Positions 16,362 through 25,035 of a stretch of 35,676 nt of DNA are shown here, piece by piece (positions within the stretch are counted from its first letter, which is position 1; the number at the start of each line of letters is the position of its first letter). The stretch comes from Clostridia bacterium (GTDB lineage: Bacteria > Bacillota > Clostridia > Oscillospirales > CAG-272). The notes under the pieces were generated by a model that ran no database searches, was not told where the DNA came from, and worked only from the letters and a program-made list of their open reading frames with translations. The translations under genes and the position numbers were made by a program. Location: positions 1 to 35,676 of the forward strand of contig JAFTKF010000201.1 of NCBI GenBank assembly GCA_017453405.1, read 5' to 3'.

Positions 16362-16874
16362 ATGACCAACCGTACCGCGTACACGTATGATCTTTTACTC
16401 AAAACCAATCTCTTTCTGGTAGAAAAGGAGAAGCGAAAGGGGTTGATTACTTGTTTTCTGATGGGGGTCATTGGCATCACTTTTATCCTTATGGACTCAC
16501 TGTCAGAAGATTATTATTGGTTATGTGCCGGGGGCGGATTTTTTGCCGCTTCGCTCCTCAGGCTCTTATTCATACTGAGACTCAGAAAATCGAAGGTTTC
16601 CGAAACGGTAAAAAAATTTATCCAAGAAAATCCCGGAAAGACAGTGGACTATCAATTTGAAGAGAATGCTGTGATCATTCGCGAGAGAAGTCCTCAATAC
16701 CAATCGGATACTTGCCTTTCCTATTCCTTCATCCACAAAGTACAAAAAATTGATGATACCACATTTTATTTTATTTCCTCCAACAACCGCCTCTATGCGG
16801 TAGAGGACGATCGGAATATGGAAGCGATCCTTGTATTTTTAGCGGAAAAAGTGGGAATATGCCTCGAAAAATAA
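16362..16874 (+). CDS. YcxB-like / bPH-architecture membrane protein
   Basis: Two central TM helices (LITCFLMGVIGITFILM, WLCAGGGFFAASLLRLLFIL) followed by a ~90-aa beta-rich domain. The RBS is GAAAGGAA. Confidence 0.65.
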   Translation: MTNRTAYTYDLLLKTNLFLVEKEKRKGLITCFLMGVIGITFILMDSLSEDYYWLCAGGGFFAASLLRLLFILRLRKSKVSETVKKFIQENPGKTVDYQFEENAVIIRERSPQYQSDTCLSYSFIHKVQKIDDTTFYFISSNNRLYAVEDDRNMEAILVFLAEKVGICLEK

Positions 16875-16920
16875 TGTCACCGTTCCGATATCCCAACACA
16901 CGATCGAAAGGAATATTGTT

Positions 16921-17427
16921 ATGATCCCCTACTACTTACAGAAGCACCTGACCGACATACGCGAAAAGAAGGATACCACATCGGCGATCCTTGCCTCCTC
17001 GACCGGCAACACCTTGTTGGAAATCCTGTATTACGGCGACACGGTGACGATCAAGCGGACACCGTATATCACAGACGGCGAGTACCCCTGTCTGATCGTC
17101 GCCAGAGACCCTCTCACCGACGAGACCTTCACGGTTTTTGACGGCGCCAAGCACGGCTATGACGCTATGTTTTGCAATGAGCCATGCGACAAAGCGGAAA
17201 GACCCCTGACTCGCTACAACGCCGAGGGTGCAAGCGTGAAGATCACGCTTGGCTATGCGATCGATTACGAGGACGAAAAAGACGATTATGACTTCACCGA
17301 AACGGGCGAGGTCATCCTCACGTACGGCACAATGGACTGGGAAAAAGCCAAGTCCATCGGCTTCGACTGGCTTTCGCTCTCGTTTGTTGACACCAAAAAG
17401 GAATTTGTCGACCTTGAACTGGTGTAA
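16921..17427 (+). CDS. Hypothetical 168-aa acidic soluble protein
   Basis: The RBS GAAAGGAA precedes the ATG at 16921. I recognise no domain. Confidence 0.65.
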   Translation: MIPYYLQKHLTDIREKKDTTSAILASSTGNTLLEILYYGDTVTIKRTPYITDGEYPCLIVARDPLTDETFTVFDGAKHGYDAMFCNEPCDKAERPLTRYNAEGASVKITLGYAIDYEDEKDDYDFTETGEVILTYGTMDWEKAKSIGFDWLSLSFVDTKKEFVDLELV

Positions 17428-17475
17428 AAACAATCCTTGCCGCGCTTCATTTTTCTTTACGAAAGGATATTGCCT

Positions 17476-18501
17476 ATGCATGCGGTCATTTTTCTCCTGC
17501 TGACACTGATTGATATTACCTCTCTTATTCTGATCGTGAGAAGACTTCGCGACATTCGGAAAAACCCTCACAAATATGATGAAACTGAGCTTGTCAACAG
17601 AGCTGACGACTATGCGAGCAACCGGGACTATTGCCGATTTTTCAAGTCGCTCTCTCACCAATACAGCGGAGTCGGACTGCTTCTTTCCTTTCTCCTGACA
17701 GCTCTCAGCGGCGTACTGCTTTGGGTGCTTGACCGACTGATCGCGGGAAGCGGAACTTCCATCACCCCGGGGGCTCGGGGAGCAGGCATTGTCGCCATGC
17801 TTTTTCTGAATCTGATCGTTGGTATCGCGATCATTCCGCTCCATATCAAAACCCCCTTTTTCACCGTGATGGTCGACGGTGCCTTTGACGGAAACCGTCG
17901 GGATATCTGGAAAAAGAGTTATATCGCCTTTCTCATTCTGTTCGCCATTACTTTTCCGTTTTTCACCCTTTCAGCCAATCACTATACCCACTACAACGAG
18001 AGTGGGATCACCCATTCTGCCTTTTTCCAAATCGACGAGACTTTTACGGCGTATGAAGAGATCGAGGATGTATGGATTTCGGTCGGTCATAACAAGCACG
18101 GACAGTTCTCGGCACTACGGTACGAGGTCTTGCTGTCAGACGGCAGACGCCTTGATCTTTCAAGCACCTATTACAACGAAAACACCCTTGCCATTCACCG
18201 CTATATCGAAGCGACAAGCAATTGCCGTATGCATATCGAGCCTCTCAGCGAGGACGACCTTGCCGAGCTGCAAGAGAGGCTATCCCCCGAACGGCTTGCC
18301 ATCGTTTTGTATATTTTCGAAGGCATTCACGAAACGGCAGAGCCGTCCTCCTTTCACGCCGTCGAAGACGGCATATCACGCTTGCAAAGCAAGCATATCA
18401 CGGGGCTGAGGCTGAAAAAGCCCTTTGTTGACAAATGCGTCGAAAAGCTTTCGCACTGCGATAAGGTAAGCGTGCAAAACCGCTTTCAGGAAAACCCCTG
18501 A
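17476..18501 (+). CDS. Membrane protein (about 4 TM helices) with a soluble C-terminal domain. The last ~60 codons run through a repeat array
   Basis: The ATG at 17476 follows AAAGGA. The first ~170 aa contain TM helices. From about 18324 the reading frame is made of ATATCAC-hairpin units, so the native stop may have been displaced. Confidence 0.6.
   Translation: MHAVIFLLLTLIDITSLILIVRRLRDIRKNPHKYDETELVNRADDYASNRDYCRFFKSLSHQYSGVGLLLSFLLTALSGVLLWVLDRLIAGSGTSITPGARGAGIVAMLFLNLIVGIAIIPLHIKTPFFTVMVDGAFDGNRRDIWKKSYIAFLILFAITFPFFTLSANHYTHYNESGITHSAFFQIDETFTAYEEIEDVWISVGHNKHGQFSALRYEVLLSDGRRLDLSSTYYNENTLAIHRYIEATSNCRMHIEPLSEDDLAELQERLSPERLAIVLYIFEGIHETAEPSSFHAVEDGISRLQSKHITGLRLKKPFVDKCVEKLSHCDKVSVQNRFQENP
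18324..18423. repeat. Third array locus: ATATCAC-type linkers (2 perfect, 2 degenerate) alternating with 5 hairpins
   Basis: In order: CATTCAC (18324-18330), acggc/gccgt hairpin, TTTCAC, gccgtc/gacggc hairpin (18358-18372), ATATCAC (18373-18379), gcttgc/gcaagc hairpin (18380-18394), ATATCAC (18395-18401), gggct/agccc hairpin (18403-18423). The gcttgc-NNN-gcaagc unit also occurs at 13422-13436. Confidence 0.8.
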
Positions 18502-18632
18502 TACGCGTTTTTCCAAAGAAAGGAAAATAGACAAATGAAGGTTTTTATGAAAAGCCAAGTGACGGATGATTCTTACCCAATCCTGACAAAATTGGCGCCG
18601 TCGCAATTCTATCATAAAGGAGTACTGCAATT

Positions 18633-19292
18633 ATGGGACTGTTTTTCAAAAAAGAAGCACCCGATCACCGCTATGTACAGGTCAAAATGACCGTGAACGG
18701 CGAAGTCACCTTGGGCTGGATGGTGGATTCGCTCGCCGAGGATGAGGAACAAAACCGCTCGTCCTTCAATAAAAAATACGGCATCAGCTACATCCGCTCG
18801 ATTCCCGATGAGGTGGACGGCTATCCCGTGCTCGGTCTTACGCCAAGCGCGATGCGCTCACTTTACAGCCAACGCACCACGCTGCCCCAAAACGCCGTAT
18901 TCGTTTGCCTGCGCACTGCCCAGCAACGCTTTCTTTCGGCAAAATTCGACAGCGACAAAGAATATGCCATTCCAAGACTGCAATCGAATCTACCGTGGAA
19001 GATCAGCTTTTACAGCAGTGACGGTGTTGGTTATACGCATTACACCGTGCGCGGCGGCTATATCTCGCAAAAAGACGAAAACGGCGAAAAGCGTGAGCTT
19101 TGGAATCTCCGCTTACAGCATTACGGAATGGATGCGCACACCAAGGATGTCCTGATGCATTTCGCGGCAGATATACACACCTACGAGGGCAAGAAAATGG
19201 GCTACGGCGAATTCTGGCCCTGCCTTGTCCGCGAGGATATTGCGGATAGCTTTACCCTGCTGTTTCCCCGAAACGGCGAAACCTTCTTTTAA
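18633..19292 (+). CDS. Hypothetical 219-aa protein
   Basis: An AAAGGAG lies 10 nt upstream of the ATG. I recognise no domain. Confidence 0.6.
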   Translation: MGLFFKKEAPDHRYVQVKMTVNGEVTLGWMVDSLAEDEEQNRSSFNKKYGISYIRSIPDEVDGYPVLGLTPSAMRSLYSQRTTLPQNAVFVCLRTAQQRFLSAKFDSDKEYAIPRLQSNLPWKISFYSSDGVGYTHYTVRGGYISQKDENGEKRELWNLRLQHYGMDAHTKDVLMHFAADIHTYEGKKMGYGEFWPCLVREDIADSFTLLFPRNGETFF

Positions 19293-19320
19293 TTTTATTT
19301 TTTTACCAAAGGAGCACACG

Positions 19321-20091
19321 ATGAAAGCCTGTGAATTATTTCGTGAACTGCTTGCGGGCGCGACACTGCCCGACAGAACCTGTGATACCCTGAAGGCAGG
19401 CGACCCCGAACGCGAGGTCAAAACGATTGCCTTTACGATGTTTGCCAGCGTCGAGGTGATCCGCGAAGCTATCGCTTTCGGTGCGGATCTGCTGATCACG
19501 CACGAGCCCACCTATTACAATCACTATGACGAGCCGATGGACGATCCCATTTACCGCCAAAAGCACGCTTTGATCGAGGAATCGGGGCTGGTCATCTACC
19601 GCTATCACGACGGGATGCATTTTCGCGATACCGACCGCATCACCGAAGGGGAATTGAAGGCGCTCGGCATCACGGGACAGTTTGTAAAGACCTCCTATGC
19701 CGCCTCCTACCGTCTCACGGCAGACGAGCCGATCGCGGCAAGCGAGGTGATCGCGCGCGCCCAAGACCGCCTCGGCATCCGCTATGCGCGTGCGGCAGGC
19801 GATCTTGCGCATCAAACGACAAAAATCGCCGCCTGCTTCGGCACACCCGGCGGTGTCTTTGAGCTGTTACGCGATCCCGAAATCGATATGGTTCTGACCG
19901 GCGAAACCTGCGAATGGGCGCTTTGTGAATACGCACGCGACGCATCCGCTCTCGGCATCCCGAAAGCCCTTGTGGTGATGGGGCATATCGGCTCGGAAAA
20001 GGGCGGTATGATGCACCTTGCCGACACCGTTGCCGCCGCCCATCCCGAGCTTACGGTACGCTACCTCGAATGCGGCGAGGCGTACTGCTGA
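19321..20091 (+). CDS. Nif3-family dinuclear metal-centre protein
   Basis: From the ATG at 19321 (GGAG RBS): V..IAF....S.EVIREAIAFGADLLITHEP and a C-terminal GHIGSEKGGM pattern. The ORF-track start at 19225 overlaps the previous gene. Confidence 0.75.
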   Translation: MKACELFRELLAGATLPDRTCDTLKAGDPEREVKTIAFTMFASVEVIREAIAFGADLLITHEPTYYNHYDEPMDDPIYRQKHALIEESGLVIYRYHDGMHFRDTDRITEGELKALGITGQFVKTSYAASYRLTADEPIAASEVIARAQDRLGIRYARAAGDLAHQTTKIAACFGTPGGVFELLRDPEIDMVLTGETCEWALCEYARDASALGIPKALVVMGHIGSEKGGMMHLADTVAAAHPELTVRYLECGEAYC

Positions 20092-20096
20092 CAGCG

Positions 20097-20519
20097 ATGA
20101 AAATCTTCCGATTCCCGTGTTGTGAGGAGATTGACACCATTGATGCTTTCATTGAGCATCTGGAGATCACAGCATACGGTTTGCATATACAAAACCGCAA
20201 TATCTCCCTGCCCATCGACTGGCGTGACGGCATCCTCTCGATCGGGATCGACGGCAGAAGTCACTACGGCGGATATACCTTCATCGCAAAGCCGAGGCTT
20301 GAAAACGGCGCGATCCTCATAGAAGGAACGATCGAAAAAGAGGTATTGCCCGAACCGTATGACAGCCGCGCGCAAAAAATCTTTTTCACCGTTATGCGAA
20401 CGATCCTTACCGCTCTTTTCTGCCTTCCCCTTCTCGCCGCCGCAGTCATTCGCGCTATCACAAGACGAAAGCGTTTGAAAAAACTGTTCCTCGCGTGCGG
20501 CAGTACCCCTGTCCGCTAA
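20097..20519 (+). CDS. Hypothetical tail-anchored protein (C-terminal TM helix)
   Basis: Internal ATG at 20097, just after the Nif3 stop. The C-terminal helix is ILTALFCLPLLAAAVIRAI followed by basic residues. The RBS is weak. Confidence 0.5.
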   Translation: MKIFRFPCCEEIDTIDAFIEHLEITAYGLHIQNRNISLPIDWRDGILSIGIDGRSHYGGYTFIAKPRLENGAILIEGTIEKEVLPEPYDSRAQKIFFTVMRTILTALFCLPLLAAAVIRAITRRKRLKKLFLACGSTPVR

Positions 20520-20583
20520 GCGTTTCTGCTCCATTATTCCTCTTTTGTCCCGTTTTGACCTATGATAGAAAGGAGACAGCCCG

Positions 20584-21255
20584 ATGAAAGTGTTCACCTG
20601 TCCTGAGATTCCGTTTGCCATCGTCAATTCCTATCGTGTTATGAAAGAACGCTGTCATAAAAAAGATGTTTCTCTGTTTGGTCTCTCGGCAAAAGCTTCG
20701 GTTGCAAAGGCGCTGTTCGGTGCTGTCACCGTGACGTTTACCTTCACCGATGCTTCGGAACGTGCACTAAAAGCTGTGCGCCAAGCACTGTTTGAACAGC
20801 TGAAAACGCCCGCAAGGATCGCGGGCGAAGTGCTCATTTTTCATCAAAAAGGCATCCGCATTGCCGCAGGACTGCGTGAAGAAGCCTACGGCTGTCTTGC
20901 CCATATTCTGACGGTATCCTTCGGGCATTTGCCCTACCGATCGTGGCGTTACGATACCTATCAAGCCTACACGGACAGTCTTCGCGCGGTATGGAAAACC
21001 TACACCCTGTATGAAAAGTCGATCCCCGGAGTCTCTGACGGTAAGCTTTCGGCAATCGTTGAAAACGAAAGCCGCTTTTATCTCATCAGCATTCAGAAAA
21101 GAAGCTATCGGTTTTATGCAAGCATCAAGAAGAAAGAGGCAAACGCCACCCGCATTTCCCCGCTTCGCACCGTCAAAGGGCGTTATCACACCCTTGCCGA
21201 CCTTGCAAAACGCCTCGACACCTTTTTCTCAGAGACAAAGGAAGACGACATTTAA
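20584..21255 (+). CDS. Hypothetical 223-aa protein
   Basis: An AAGGAG RBS lies 8 nt upstream. I recognise no domain. Confidence 0.65.
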   Translation: MKVFTCPEIPFAIVNSYRVMKERCHKKDVSLFGLSAKASVAKALFGAVTVTFTFTDASERALKAVRQALFEQLKTPARIAGEVLIFHQKGIRIAAGLREEAYGCLAHILTVSFGHLPYRSWRYDTYQAYTDSLRAVWKTYTLYEKSIPGVSDGKLSAIVENESRFYLISIQKRSYRFYASIKKKEANATRISPLRTVKGRYHTLADLAKRLDTFFSETKEDDI

Positions 21256-21319
21256 AAAACACTGCCACTGCCTGACAGTATCCGCGCTTACTGACTGCGC
21301 ATCACGAAAGGAGCATCCC

Positions 21320-22012
21320 ATGACCCCCACGAAAATTCTCACCTTCAGCTATGACGACGGTGTGACGCAGGACATCCGTCTCATTGAGCTGTTTAACAAA
21401 TACGGTATGAAGGCAACCTTCAATCTCAATTCCTCTCTTCTCGGCTTACCCGGTCATCTCATCCGCGAAGGTCAGCGCGTTGACCATATCAAGGTAAAAC
21501 CCGAAGATATCAGACATATTTATGACGGTCACGAGGTTGCCGCGCACACCAAAACGCATCCGATTCTGCCCGCGCTCTCGGACGATACTGCCGTGACTTG
21601 CGAGGTCGAGGAAGACCGCCTGAGACTTTCGGAGCTTTGCGGTTATGAAGTCGTGGGGATGGCATACCCCTGCGGCGGCAAGAATTACGATCACCGCGTG
21701 TCAAAAATCATCCGCGAGCACACGGGGATTCGCTACTGCCGCACCACTGAATCCTCGCACAGCTTTGCTTTGCAGGACGATCTGTATGAATTCAAGCCCA
21801 CCGTGTATCATCACGAGGAATGGGACAAGCTATTTTCGCTTGGTGAAGAATTCCTGAACCTTAAAACCGACGAAAAGAAGGTCTTCTACGTTTGGGGGCA
21901 CGCGTATGAATTTGACATTCACAACACGTGGGAACGCTTTGAAGAATTCCTGAAAATGATGGCGAACCGCCACGATATTGCCTATCTCACGGGCAAAGAA
22001 GCACTTTTATAA
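21320..22012 (+). CDS. Polysaccharide deacetylase (NodB homology, CE4)
   Basis: From the ATG at 21320 (AAAGGAG): LTFSYDDGVTQD (the TFDDG motif) and GHEVAAHTKTHP (the H-x4-H metal motif). The longer ORF from 21011 overlaps the previous gene. Confidence 0.85.
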   Translation: MTPTKILTFSYDDGVTQDIRLIELFNKYGMKATFNLNSSLLGLPGHLIREGQRVDHIKVKPEDIRHIYDGHEVAAHTKTHPILPALSDDTAVTCEVEEDRLRLSELCGYEVVGMAYPCGGKNYDHRVSKIIREHTGIRYCRTTESSHSFALQDDLYEFKPTVYHHEEWDKLFSLGEEFLNLKTDEKKVFYVWGHAYEFDIHNTWERFEEFLKMMANRHDIAYLTGKEALL

Positions 22013-22023
22013 GGATACTCCCG

Positions 22024-23622
22024 ATGAAAAAACGCTTTCAACACTATCTGATGCACCTGTTGATCCCTGCCTTTGTGTTCGGGTCGATCACGGGTATTCT
22101 GACCGCCTTTGCGGTCACGCTCTACAAGGTCGCGGCGCATTATGTGATCGCGCTGTCCGAAAAAGGCTATGCCTTTCTGCGCGAAAAGCCCCTCTATTCT
22201 CTTGCCGTCCTTGCGGTGCTGGGGCTTGTTTCCCTTCTTCTTGCGTATATTTACAAAAAGATCCCCAATCTGAAGGGGGGCGGCATTCCGACCTCGATCG
22301 GTATTCTCAGAGGCATTATCACCTTCAAGTGGCTGAGAAACCTCCTTGGCGTTTTCGCCTTGTCGCTGATAACCTTTTTATCGGGCGTGCCGCTCGGAAA
22401 CGAAGGTCCGTCGGTGCAAATGGGCACTGCCATCGGTCGCGGCACGGTGTATACCTTTGCCGGAAAAAACAAGGCGTGGGACCGCTATTCGATGACGGGC
22501 GGCGCGTGTGCCGGCTTTTCGGTTGCTACGGGCGCTCCGATTTCGGGGATTATGTTTGCCATTGAGGAAGCGCATCAGCGCCTGTCCCCGATGATCATCA
22601 TCGTTTCCTCGACCTCGGTGATGTTTGCCTCGATCACCGCCGAGCTGCTTGCCCCGATCTTCGGGGTCAGCACCACCCTCTTTCCTGCAATGACCCCCAT
22701 CGCCCTGACACTGCGTGAGATCTGGATTCCCCTCACTGTCGGGCTTTGCATCGGACTGTTCGCGGTTGCCTTTTTGTATTATTACCGCGCCATCAATCAG
22801 TTTTTCAATAAAAAGCTCAAAAAAGTACCGCACAGCCTAAAGCTGTTCGCCGTCTTTGCCCTGACGCTTGGCGCAGGACTGCTCTCGCCCCACTTCATTT
22901 CCACGGGACATGATCTGATCCTTTCGCTGTTTGACGGCAAAACCGCCGTGTGGATGCTCTTTCTCATTCTGCTTTTGCGCTCGACCCTGACACTTTCCGC
23001 CAACACCAACAAATTGACCGGCGGTATGTTTGTTCCCTTTCTCGCACTGGGGGCGATCGTTTCGGCAACGCTTGGCGAAGCCATTGAGGTGATCTTCGGT
23101 CTTTCGCAGGACTATTACACGGTCATTCTCATTTTCGGCATCACCGCCTGCATCGCCGCTATGATGAAGACCCCGATCACCGCCATTGTCTTTGCGGTGG
23201 AAGCACTGGGCTGTTACGACAATATTCTCTATGTGATCATTGTTGCGGCAGTGTCCTTTGTGGTCTGTGAAATGTTCGGGGCGAAGTCGGTCAACGATGC
23301 CGTTGTGGAAGACCGCGTGGAGGAATTGAACGAGGAAAAGACCGCCAAGGTCATCGATGCCTATCTCACGCTGGAAAAAGGCGCGTTCGCCATCGGCAAG
23401 CAGATCCGCGACATCTTCTGGCCTGCCAATCTTTTCGTGCTCTCGGTCAAGCACGGCAAAAACCGCGATGCCGAGGTGGACGAGCACGGTGGAAAGGCTT
23501 TGCGTGAGGGCGATATTCTGCACGTCAGATACTCCACCTTTGACGAGGCAGCGACCCGAGAAGAGCTGTCCGCGATCGTCGGCGGCATTGCCACGGGCGA
23601 GAAGGTCGTCAAGGAGGTGTGA
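22024..23622 (+). CDS. ClC-family chloride channel/antiporter with a C-terminal TrkA-C (RCK-C) domain
   Basis: Selectivity-filter motifs GGGIPTS, GNEGPSVQMG and GGMFVPF, with 10+ TM helices. The C-terminal ~80 aa has an RCK-C-like pattern (GKQIRDI...LREGDILHV). Confidence 0.9.
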   Translation: MKKRFQHYLMHLLIPAFVFGSITGILTAFAVTLYKVAAHYVIALSEKGYAFLREKPLYSLAVLAVLGLVSLLLAYIYKKIPNLKGGGIPTSIGILRGIITFKWLRNLLGVFALSLITFLSGVPLGNEGPSVQMGTAIGRGTVYTFAGKNKAWDRYSMTGGACAGFSVATGAPISGIMFAIEEAHQRLSPMIIIVSSTSVMFASITAELLAPIFGVSTTLFPAMTPIALTLREIWIPLTVGLCIGLFAVAFLYYYRAINQFFNKKLKKVPHSLKLFAVFALTLGAGLLSPHFISTGHDLILSLFDGKTAVWMLFLILLLRSTLTLSANTNKLTGGMFVPFLALGAIVSATLGEAIEVIFGLSQDYYTVILIFGITACIAAMMKTPITAIVFAVEALGCYDNILYVIIVAAVSFVVCEMFGAKSVNDAVVEDRVEELNEEKTAKVIDAYLTLEKGAFAIGKQIRDIFWPANLFVLSVKHGKNRDAEVDEHGGKALREGDILHVRYSTFDEAATREELSAIVGGIATGEKVVKEV

Positions 23623-23650
23623 TATCTACCGTAATATCCCCTGATCCCTA

Positions 23651-23679
23651 TTGACCCTTTTTAAAAAATCATATAAATT
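23651..23679 (+). promoter_or_regulatory. Possible promoter for the permease gene
   Basis: TTGACC (23651-23656), then a 15-17-nt spacer, then an overlapping TATAAA/ATAAAT/TAAATT box. The exact -10 register is ambiguous. Confidence 0.35.
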
Positions 23680-23694
23680 AAAGAGAGGTATCTT

Positions 23695-25020
23695 ATGTCT
23701 ACGTTTGTGATTGCCATCATTCTGTTCGCCATTACCTACGTTCTTTTGTTCGCGCTCCCCAAATACCGCGCCTTTGTCGCGCTTGGCTCGGCTGTGGTAT
23801 TCTCGCTCTGGCTCGGCTTACTTGCCGACGATGTCACCTTCACCTTTTCCAATGTGCTCGGTGCGATCGACTTCAATGTCCTGATGATGATCGCGGGCAC
23901 GATGGGTATCGTGTCGCTCTTCATCGAATCGAAAATGCCGATGCGCATTGCTGATGTTCTGCTGTCGAAGTTTAAAAATGTCAAGATGGCAATTGTCGCA
24001 ATGGCACTGCTTGCGGGTATCGTCTCGGCATTTGTTGACAATGTTGCCACCGTTCTGATGATCGCGCCCATCGCGCTTGCGGTCTGCAAAAAGCAGAACA
24101 TTTCACCTGTCGGACCGATCGTTTCGATTGCGGTTTCGTCGAATCTGCAGGGTGCTGCCACACTCGTGGGCGATACCACCTCGATCCTCTTGGGCGGCTA
24201 TGCCAATATGACCTTCTTTGACTTCTTCGTCTTCAAGGGTCGCCCCGGTATGTTCTTTGCCGTCGAGCTTGGTGCCGTTCTGACCGCTTTCATTCTTTTG
24301 TATCTCTTCCGCAAGGAAACACAGCCCCTGACACTCAAAGACAGAACCGAGGTTACGGATTATGTACCCAGCTTCCTGATGATCGGTGTCGTGGTGCTTC
24401 TGATCCTCGCCTCCTTCCTCAAAGCTCCTGCAGGCGGTGCGCTTCTCACGCTTTACAACCTGCGCAACGGTATCATTTGTATGGCGCTTCTTGACGTGGG
24501 TATTCTTGTGAACCTTATCAGAACCAAGAGCCTTTCCTCTACCAAGCTGGTCATCAAGGAAATGGACTATCAGACGCTCCTTCTCTTGGCTTCCCTCTTT
24601 GTGGTCATTCAGGGTATCACCTCGGCAGGCGTGATCGCCAAGCTGTCGGAGGGTCTTGTCGCACTGGGCGGCAGCAATCTCTTTCTGATGTACACCCTGA
24701 TCGTCTTTGCTTCTGTGATCATTTCGGCATTTGTCGACAATATTCCCTATGTTCTGACAATGCTTCCCGTGGTTACGGGCGTTGCTTCGGCAATGGGCGT
24801 TGAGCCGTATGTTCTCTATTTCGGTCTTCTCGTGGGCGCGACCCTCGGCGGCAATATTACCCCGATCGGCGCCAGTGCCAACATCACGGGCATCGGCATT
24901 CTGCGCAAGGAAGGCTATGAGGTCAAAGCAAGAGACTTTATGAAGATCAGTGTTCCCTTCACCCTGACTGCTGTTCTTTCGGGCTATCTCTTCATCTGGC
25001 TCTTCTGGGGCATTCTGTAA
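23695..25020 (+). CDS. ArsB/NhaD (CitMHS-like) superfamily anion/ion permease
   Basis: 441 aa with about 12 TM helices and internal two-fold symmetry. It has FVDNVATVLMIAPIA and FVDNIPYVLTMLPV hairpin-like repeats typical of this superfamily. Confidence 0.7.
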   Translation: MSTFVIAIILFAITYVLLFALPKYRAFVALGSAVVFSLWLGLLADDVTFTFSNVLGAIDFNVLMMIAGTMGIVSLFIESKMPMRIADVLLSKFKNVKMAIVAMALLAGIVSAFVDNVATVLMIAPIALAVCKKQNISPVGPIVSIAVSSNLQGAATLVGDTTSILLGGYANMTFFDFFVFKGRPGMFFAVELGAVLTAFILLYLFRKETQPLTLKDRTEVTDYVPSFLMIGVVVLLILASFLKAPAGGALLTLYNLRNGIICMALLDVGILVNLIRTKSLSSTKLVIKEMDYQTLLLLASLFVVIQGITSAGVIAKLSEGLVALGGSNLFLMYTLIVFASVIISAFVDNIPYVLTMLPVVTGVASAMGVEPYVLYFGLLVGATLGGNITPIGASANITGIGILRKEGYEVKARDFMKISVPFTLTAVLSGYLFIWLFWGIL

Positions 25021-25035
25021 GAGAACAGACGCGTT

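Noticed and set aside
13188-18423. Classical integron (attC sites)
   Set aside because: There is no intI-like tyrosine recombinase. There are no R''/R' core sites (RYYYAAC / GTTRRRY). The sites are arrays of many tiny hairpins rather than one long imperfect attC hairpin. Only the cassette-punctuation logic is analogous.
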